Assembly (NCBI GenBank): GCA_028280945.1 | Contig: JANQKV010000030.1 | Coordinates: forward strand, 100,275 to 164,274 | Direction: 5' to 3' | Origin: Opitutaceae bacterium | Lineage (GTDB): Bacteria > Verrucomicrobiota > Verrucomicrobiia > Opitutales > Opitutaceae | DNA length: 64,000 bases | Shown: positions 57,908 to 64,000 of the stretch, in pieces | Position numbering within the stretch: position 1 is the stretch's first letter | Layout of the letters: each line of letters starts with the position of its first letter | Notes under the pieces: model-generated | What the model was told of the DNA's origin: nothing | Seen by the model: only the letters and a program-made list of their open reading frames with translations | The model's database searches: none | Made by a program: the position numbers and the translations under genes

Positions 57908-59482
57908 ATGAACAACACCCACGTCAAAATCTACGACACGACCCTCCGCGACGGCACGCAGGGCGAAGGCATCAGCTTTTCCGTCACCGACAAGCTGCTC
58001 ATCGCCCAGCGTTTGGACGAGTTTGGAGTGGACTACATCGAAGGCGGCTTTCCGGGATCCAATCCGCGGGACATTACTTTTTTTAACGAGGCCAAGGAAC
58101 TGAAGCTGAAGCACGCCAAGCTGGCGGCATTTGGGTCCACGCGGCGGGCGAACATCAAGGCGGAGGATGATCTCCAGCTAAAGACCCTGCTCGACAGTGG
58201 CATGCCCGTAATGACCCTCGTCGGCAAAACCTGGGATCTGCATGTCACTGAGATTCTGCGCACCAACCTTGACGAGAATCTGGCCATGATCGAAGACTCC
58301 GTGCGCTACCTGGTTGCGCAGGGACGTGAAGTCATCTACGACGCGGAGCATTTTTTCGACGGCTACCGGGCGGATCCGGATTACGCGTTCAAAACCCTGG
58401 CGGCGGCCCAGCGGGGCGGGGCGTCCAACCTCACACTGTGCGACACCAACGGTGGTTCGTTGGTGGACGACTTCAAAGACATCGTTGCGAAGGCCGTGGC
58501 GGAGTTTGGATCGGAAAACGTGGGGGTGCATTGCCACAACGACGCCGGACTGGGGGTGGCCCTGACTTTGGCGGGAGTCGCAGCGGGCGGTTCGCTGGTG
58601 CAGGGCACGGCCAACGGTTATGGCGAACGCACGGGCAATGCGAATCTCATTACCATCCTGCCCAGCCTCTTCCTCAAGATGGGGCGCACGGCCAACTGCG
58701 CCCGGAATCTGGGTGAACTACGCGAGCTTTCCCTCTACTTTGATGAGCTGGCGAATCTGCGACCCGATACCAAGGCGCCTTATGTTGGCAGTTCCGCATT
58801 CGCGCACAAGGGAGGTCTCCACGCCAACGCCGCGCAGAAAGTGAAGTCCTCCTACGAGCACATCGATCCGGCCGATGTGGGAAATCACACGCGGGTATTG
58901 GTGTCGGATATGGCGGGAAGGTCATCCGTTGCCATGAAGGCCCGGGAGTTGGGATTGGAGATCGATGAAAAAGGGGACGACATCAAGGCGCTTATCGAGC
59001 GGCTCAAGGACCTGGAGTTTCAGGGTTACGAGTTCGAAGCCGCCGACGCTTCCCTCAAGATGCTCATCGCGGACCAACTGGGGCGCCGAACCAAGTTTTT
59101 CGAGGCGGAGAATTATCGGGTTATGGTGGAGCGGCACGGAAAGGAAGTTTTCGCGGAGGCCACTGTGAAAGTGAAAGTGAACGACCGGTCCTACCACACG
59201 GTGGCGGAGTGCACGGGCCCCGTGGGTGCGCTCGACAAAGCGTTGCGTCTCGCTTTGGAAGACGCCTACCCGGAACTCAAGGACATGGCGTTGCGTGACT
59301 ACAAAGTCCGTATCCTGCAACGACATGGCGATGGCGCCAACAGCCGCACCCGGGTATTGATCGAATCCGGTGCCGATAAGGAAATCTGGGGCACGGTGGG
59401 CGTGGACGACAACATCATCGAGGCCTCGTGGGAGGCTTTGTTGGACGCGGTCAATTATCGTCTCCTGCAACTCTCGTCGTAG
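57908..59482 (+). CDS. cimA: citramalate synthase (DRE-TIM, LeuA-related)
   Basis: YDTTLRDGTQGEG, IEGGFPGSNPRD, YDAEHFFDG, HCHND, AHKGGLH; the Ile leader supports CimA over LeuA. Confidence 0.85.
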   Translation: MNNTHVKIYDTTLRDGTQGEGISFSVTDKLLIAQRLDEFGVDYIEGGFPGSNPRDITFFNEAKELKLKHAKLAAFGSTRRANIKAEDDLQLKTLLDSGMPVMTLVGKTWDLHVTEILRTNLDENLAMIEDSVRYLVAQGREVIYDAEHFFDGYRADPDYAFKTLAAAQRGGASNLTLCDTNGGSLVDDFKDIVAKAVAEFGSENVGVHCHNDAGLGVALTLAGVAAGGSLVQGTANGYGERTGNANLITILPSLFLKMGRTANCARNLGELRELSLYFDELANLRPDTKAPYVGSSAFAHKGGLHANAAQKVKSSYEHIDPADVGNHTRVLVSDMAGRSSVAMKARELGLEIDEKGDDIKALIERLKDLEFQGYEFEAADASLKMLIADQLGRRTKFFEAENYRVMVERHGKEVFAEATVKVKVNDRSYHTVAECTGPVGALDKALRLALEDAYPELKDMALRDYKVRILQRHGDGANSRTRVLIESGADKEIWGTVGVDDNIIEASWEALLDAVNYRLLQLSS

Positions 59483-59581
59483 GAACTCAGTTTCGTCCAA
59501 ATTCTGTCTAGGTTTTGGGTCACAAAAATTTATACCGATTACGCTGGCACGTCGCGTAGCGGTCCGTGAGCCTTTTGCCTC

Positions 59582-60730
59582 GTGCCGTTTAAACTTCCCA
59601 ACGCTCAAATCAATTGGACCAACAGTGCCTTCCTTATCGGGATCGCACTTCTGAGTATAACCGTCGTGCCGTATCATATCTGGACGAACGGTATCGATGC
59701 ATTCCAGATCGCACTGTTCTTTGTGTTCTTCATAGCCACGGGGTTGAGCATCACGCTCGGCTACCACCGCTTGTTTGCGCACAAGGCCTTCAAGGCGAAG
59801 TGGCCGGTGCGATTGGCCACTCTGTTGTTCGGGGCCGCCACCTTTGAAAACTGTGTTCTCGCGTGGACTTCAGACCACCGGCGCCATCACAAGCACGTTG
59901 ACCACGACGACGATCCCTACGACATCAGCCAAGGTTTCTGGTATGCCCACATCGGCTGGATCCTGTTCAAGATCACGCCGGAACCGCCATGGGACAACGT
60001 GAAGGATCTGCGCCAGGATGCCTTGGTGATGTTCCAGTCCAAGTTTTACATCCCGATCGCCGTGGCCATGGGTTTTGGACTGCCGACCCTGCTGGGCTGG
60101 TTGTGGGCCGGTCCTTCCGGCGCACTCACGGCGTTTTTGGTCGCAGGCGTGCTGCGAATCTTCGCGGTGCAGCAGATGACGTTTTTCATCAATTCGCTCT
60201 GCCACACGATCGGCGAACGTCCCTACTCAAGCCGTTGCAGCGCCCGCGACAGCTGGTTCATGGCCATCTTCACTTTCGGCGAGGGCTATCACAATTACCA
60301 TCACGAGTTTCAACACGACTACCGCAACGGTGTGAAATGGTGGCAGTGGGACCCCACCAAGTGGTCCATCTGGACCCTCGAAAAACTCGGCCTGGTCAGC
60401 GATCTGCGCCGGGTGCAGGAGGAAAAGATCATCGCCGCCCAACTCATGGAGGCCCGGCGCCGGGTGCAGGATACCTTGGCCGACAAGTCCCTGAACCTGA
60501 CCGCTGCCCGCCAGGAGCTGATTCGGGCTGCCGGCGAACGCCTGGATGAATTGGCGGAACGCTGGGCGGTTTTGAAGGAGCACTATCGACACCGCGCGGA
60601 AGAGCTCAAGGAGAGCGCGGCCGAAATCAAGGACCAGAAGCTGCAGGAGGCCCGCGATGCCATCGAGGAGATGCGTCGTGAAGTGCGGGCGGCTTTGCAA
60701 CTCCTCGACGGACTGCCCGCGTCGGCCTAG
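59582..60730 (+). CDS. delta-9-type fatty acyl desaturase with helical C-terminal extension
   Basis: His boxes HRLFAH, HRRHH, HNYHH; GEGYHN; WDPTKW. Confidence 0.92.
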   Translation: MPFKLPNAQINWTNSAFLIGIALLSITVVPYHIWTNGIDAFQIALFFVFFIATGLSITLGYHRLFAHKAFKAKWPVRLATLLFGAATFENCVLAWTSDHRRHHKHVDHDDDPYDISQGFWYAHIGWILFKITPEPPWDNVKDLRQDALVMFQSKFYIPIAVAMGFGLPTLLGWLWAGPSGALTAFLVAGVLRIFAVQQMTFFINSLCHTIGERPYSSRCSARDSWFMAIFTFGEGYHNYHHEFQHDYRNGVKWWQWDPTKWSIWTLEKLGLVSDLRRVQEEKIIAAQLMEARRRVQDTLADKSLNLTAARQELIRAAGERLDELAERWAVLKEHYRHRAEELKESAAEIKDQKLQEARDAIEEMRREVRAALQLLDGLPASA

Positions 60731-60755
60731 CCGGGGACCGGAGCGGTGCGGCTGT

Positions 60756-62186
60756 TCACAACAGCGGCGCGAGCAAACGGCTAAGATCTTCCGCCAGCAG
60801 GCTGGTCCAGCGGCGCGGGATCTTGCCGGCGATGTAGGTGCGGCTGTGGCGCACGAGCTCACCGGCCCAGGATCGCATTGCGGCGACTTCCGCCGGAGTA
60901 TACACTGCGATACCAATCTCGAAATTCACGAAAAGACTGCGCAGATCAAAATTGGCGGAGCCAAACACCGCATGTTTGTCGTCCACGATGACGACCTTGG
61001 CGTGGAGCATGGCAGCTTGAAAGAGCAACACACGTGCTCCCGCGAGCTGCAGATCGCGCAGATACTGACGACGGGCGTAGTCGGTGACGGCGTGGTTGGA
61101 TTTTTCCGGCACGATGAGGGTCACATCGACTCCCGCCCGGGCTTTTACCAACAGGGATCGTTGCAGGACTTCATCGGGGATAAAATAGGGTGTGATGATC
61201 CAGACGCTCTGTTCGGCTTCCTGCACAAAGGAGACCAAGCCCTCGTAGAGCGGGTCGCCGTGCACATCGGGCCCACTCGCGATCACCTGTAAATCGCAGG
61301 TGCCTTGCGACGCCGGGCAGACGGGAGAGGCTTCCTCCCGCAGTTCCTGGATGGATTTGTCAGTGGCGAAATTCCAGTCGGCGAAAAAGACCTCATCAAT
61401 CAAGCCGGCTGCGGGACCTTCGATCACCGCGCCAAAGTCGGTCCAACGCTGATCCCAGGCGGTTGGTCCCATGTATTCGCGTGCCATGTTGCGCCCTCCC
61501 ACAATGGCGGTTTCGTGGTCGAAGACTGCGATTTTGCGGTGATTGCGCAGATTGGCCGAATGACGCGTGGAGAGGGGAGCAACCGGCATGAATCGCCGCA
61601 CGGTCCCGCCGGCCCGGCGAATCGGCTCACAGAAGCGTCCCGCTGCCACAAAGCTGCCCAGTCCATCCAACAACAGTCTCACCGTCACGCCTTCCCGAGC
61701 CCGTTTGGCCAATTCCTCCACCAACGCCTTCCCGGTTTCGTCGCGAGCCAGAATGAACGTGGTGATGTGGATCGTGCGCCGGGCCGCCCGAATCCGGGTG
61801 ACAAATTCATTGAAAGAGGCCTCGCCGGTGCGCAGCACTTTCAGGCGATTGCCCCCGATGGGAGGACCGCTGCCGTTGGCCATGATCGTGCGGTTGGACG
61901 GCAGGTGCATGACCTGCTCACGGGCCGCGGGAGCCCCCGGCAGTCGCAGCTGCATCTTGTCCTTGCGCGCGACCAGTTTTTTGATCTTACGCCCGCCGAA
62001 CAGCAGGTAAAGTGGCACTCCCAGGTAGGGGATGAGCACGATGCCCAGCAGCCACGCCATGGTGTTCCCGGGTTGCCGTTTTTCGCTCATCAGCCGGGCG
62101 ATCGCGAACACCGCCAGTAGAAAGCCGCCCACGGTCAAAAGATGTGACCAGATGCTCGTCTCAACCACATGAGTCACCTCCTCCAT
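60756..62186 (-). CDS. cls: cardiolipin synthase-like phospholipase D
   Basis: Two N-terminal TM helices; HRKIAVFD and HAKVVIVD HKD motifs; GSAN.D.RS; start uncertain (62186 or 62243). Confidence 0.88.
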   Translation of the reverse strand: MEEVTHVVETSIWSHLLTVGGFLLAVFAIARLMSEKRQPGNTMAWLLGIVLIPYLGVPLYLLFGGRKIKKLVARKDKMQLRLPGAPAAREQVMHLPSNRTIMANGSGPPIGGNRLKVLRTGEASFNEFVTRIRAARRTIHITTFILARDETGKALVEELAKRAREGVTVRLLLDGLGSFVAAGRFCEPIRRAGGTVRRFMPVAPLSTRHSANLRNHRKIAVFDHETAIVGGRNMAREYMGPTAWDQRWTDFGAVIEGPAAGLIDEVFFADWNFATDKSIQELREEASPVCPASQGTCDLQVIASGPDVHGDPLYEGLVSFVQEAEQSVWIITPYFIPDEVLQRSLLVKARAGVDVTLIVPEKSNHAVTDYARRQYLRDLQLAGARVLLFQAAMLHAKVVIVDDKHAVFGSANFDLRSLFVNFEIGIAVYTPAEVAAMRSWAGELVRHSRTYIAGKIPRRWTSLLAEDLSRLLAPLL

Positions 62187-62378
62187 GATGGTGGAATCTG
62201 GGGAAGGGTTAGCCATTGCCGGAGACCAGATTGCGTTTGGCATGCTGAAGGGTCAAATGCATGCCCACGCCAAAAGCACGAATTCGCCACAATTTGGGAA
62301 CAAAACTAATTCGAACCGGCTCTGGCCATTTGGTGGGACGATGTTCTGTTAAGTCGTTCTGCTTTGGCTCCTTCCTCC

Positions 62379-63248
62379 ATGCTTACACTCCGTGCTCTCA
62401 TCGCCTCTGCCACCTTGACCGGCAGTTTCTCCATCAACACCTTTGCTCAAGGCTCCGCCCTTGAATTTCCGGCTGCCAGTCCCACGGCGGTTGTGCAGCA
62501 ACGAGTTGGGCTCACCAATTTTGAGATCAGTTATTCCCGTCCCAGCGTGAAGGGGCGGGAGATCTTTGGCAGCCTGCAGGCCTTCGGCGAAGTTTGGCGC
62601 ACCGGTGCCAATGCGGCGACCAAGGTTACTTTTGACTCTGATATTCGATTTGGCGGCCAGGCAGTGGAGGCCGGCACCTATGCACTCTTCACGATTCCCG
62701 GGGAGTCGCAGTGGACGGTCATTCTCAATCGGGAGGCTGAACAGTGGGGCAGTTTTGGTTACGATCAATCGTCCGATGTGGCCCGCATTGAGGTCCCGGT
62801 GGACGACGATGCTCCTTTTCGGGAGACCCTGATGATCGGATTTGATGAGCTTCGCGATGAATCAGCAGAGCTCTTCATCGTCTGGGAAACCACCGAAGTC
62901 CGGGTGCCCGTCGCGGTCGATGTGGTCACCCGCCTGCAGCCCGAGATTGAGGCCACGATGTCCACGGGGGAACCGCAGCGGGACTACGTTTATTTTCAAG
63001 CGGCCAGTTTTTACTTCGATCATGGAATCGACTTCGACAAAGCGGCGGACTGGGTCGATCTCGCCTTGGACCAGAACCCCAACGCCTACTGGATGTTGCA
63101 CCTGAAGGCGAAGATCCACGAACAACTGGGCAACGAGGACATCGCCATCTCCGCGGCCGAAGCCTCCACCACCCACGCAGTCTCGCGCGAAGGACCGGGG
63201 AGCGGTTACAAGGTAATGAACGATGCGCTCATCGCGCGTCTCCGGTAA
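62379..63248 (+). CDS. DUF2911-like secreted protein with C-terminal TPR (second paralog)
   Basis: PAASP, YSRPSVKGREIFG, WRTGAN.AT. Confidence 0.85.
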   Translation: MLTLRALIASATLTGSFSINTFAQGSALEFPAASPTAVVQQRVGLTNFEISYSRPSVKGREIFGSLQAFGEVWRTGANAATKVTFDSDIRFGGQAVEAGTYALFTIPGESQWTVILNREAEQWGSFGYDQSSDVARIEVPVDDDAPFRETLMIGFDELRDESAELFIVWETTEVRVPVAVDVVTRLQPEIEATMSTGEPQRDYVYFQAASFYFDHGIDFDKAADWVDLALDQNPNAYWMLHLKAKIHEQLGNEDIAISAAEASTTHAVSREGPGSGYKVMNDALIARLR

Positions 63249-63274
63249 CCTCCCTGTTCAACCGATTCGACCGA

Positions 63275-63430
63275 ATGAGTGATTCTCCGCAACCCGTCCC
63301 GGACACCGAGGATGAAGCCCGGACAGGCCTGGCGTGGTTGTCCTCTTGGAGCGCGGTGTATCGCGCTGTGCTGGTGGTTTTTGTGATCGTCGTTTTGGCG
63401 ATGTGGGGCTTCGAGGTCTATTACGGATGA
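63275..63430 (+). CDS. 51-aa single-TM protein coupled to the SSS transporter (not in ORF track)
   Basis: MSDSPQPVPDTEDEARTGLAWLSSWSAVYRAVLVVFVIVVLAMWGFEVYYG*; ATGA overlap with the next gene. Confidence 0.75.
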   Translation: MSDSPQPVPDTEDEARTGLAWLSSWSAVYRAVLVVFVIVVLAMWGFEVYYG

Positions 63431-64000
63431 CGGCGCTCGATTACTTTGTGCTTTTCGGCACGATCCTGGGCATTGCCACCTACGGGGTGTTGGCGACACG
63501 CAAAATTGGCGGGTTCGATACCTATCTCAAGGGCGACCAACGCATCGGCTGGGGCACGATCGGTCTGTCCGTGATGGCGACCCAAGCCAGCGCGATCACG
63601 TTTCTCTCCACCCCCGGGCAGGGCTTCCAGAGTGGCCTCGGGTTCGTGCAAAACTACTTCGGGCTGCCCTTGGCGCTTATCATCGTCGCCGGTGTTTTTC
63701 TGCCGATTTACCGGCGTCTCAAGGTCTACACGGCCTACGAATACCTCGGTAAACGCTTCGATGGGAAAACCCGATTGCTGGGAGCCGCGTTGTTTTTGCT
63801 GCAGCGTGGTCTGGCGGCAGGCATCACGATTTACGCGCCGGCCATCATTGTCTCTTCTGTGCTGAACTGGCCGCTCGATCTCACCATTTTGGGAACGGGC
63901 ATCCTGGTGGTCATCTACACTGTTTCCGGCGGCAGCGAGGCGGTCAGCCTGACCCAACGCTACCAGATGGGCGTGATTCTCGTCGGCATGACCCTGGCGT
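63427..64000 (+). CDS. sodium:solute symporter family protein, 5' part (runs off the window)
   Basis: MTALDY...IGLSVMATQASAITFLSTPGQG...VYTAYEYLGKRFD...YTVSGG. Confidence 0.9.
   Translation, partial: MTALDYFVLFGTILGIATYGVLATRKIGGFDTYLKGDQRIGWGTIGLSVMATQASAITFLSTPGQGFQSGLGFVQNYFGLPLALIIVAGVFLPIYRRLKVYTAYEYLGKRFDGKTRLLGAALFLLQRGLAAGITIYAPAIIVSSVLNWPLDLTILGTGILVVIYTVSGGSEAVSLTQRYQMGVILVGMTLA

Noticed and set aside
57908-59482. Annotation as leuA
   Set aside because: Motifs (DGTQGEG, YDAEHFFDG) and the Ile-only leader fit the CimA branch better.
59536-59551. TGGCACGTCGCGTAGC upstream of the desaturase as a sigma-54 promoter
   Set aside because: The GC is one base out of register, and -24/-12 spacing is strict.
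1-64000. tRNA, rRNA, transposase or integrase genes
   Set aside because: No T-loop with cloverleaf context, rRNA-like stretch, DDE motif or tyrosine-recombinase motif was recognised by eye. tRNAscan and HMM scans would confirm.

Overview
GC-rich bacterial chromosomal window, most likely Verrucomicrobiota/Opitutia. This is an inference from the PEP-CTERM protein, the PVC-type L28, sulfatases and glycoside hydrolases. It is mostly housekeeping genes: the end of a cbb3-like cytochrome cluster, proC, folD, fabG-acpP-fabF, rpmB, ctpA-tsaD, rpoN, menG, a clpX paralog, HU, hisS, tdh-kbl-cdd, ogt-alkA, serA-plsY-hom-lysC-thrC, cimA, a desaturase and cls. Interspersed are polysaccharide genes (GH10, GH5, GH9-like, two sulfatases, two SSS transporters). 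No tRNA, rRNA, CRISPR array, transposase or integrase was recognised. Structure missed by the ORF track: (1) an Ile-codon-rich leader peptide with a ~21-bp antiterminator and an overlapping terminator upstream of cimA, i.e. a putative isoleucine attenuator; (2) two integrase-less clusters of attC-like sites with gene cassettes, carrying a toxin-antitoxin pair, an orphan CdiI-like immunity gene and a SnoaL-like gene; (3) a four-helix-bundle gene inside the thr operon bracketed by inverted 7-nt-period arrays, with similar solo arrays at other gene junctions; (4) a recurring TTG-N16-CANNNT motif 6-7 nt before start codons, suggesting leaderless transcripts. Family assignments come from motif recognition only; no searches were run.
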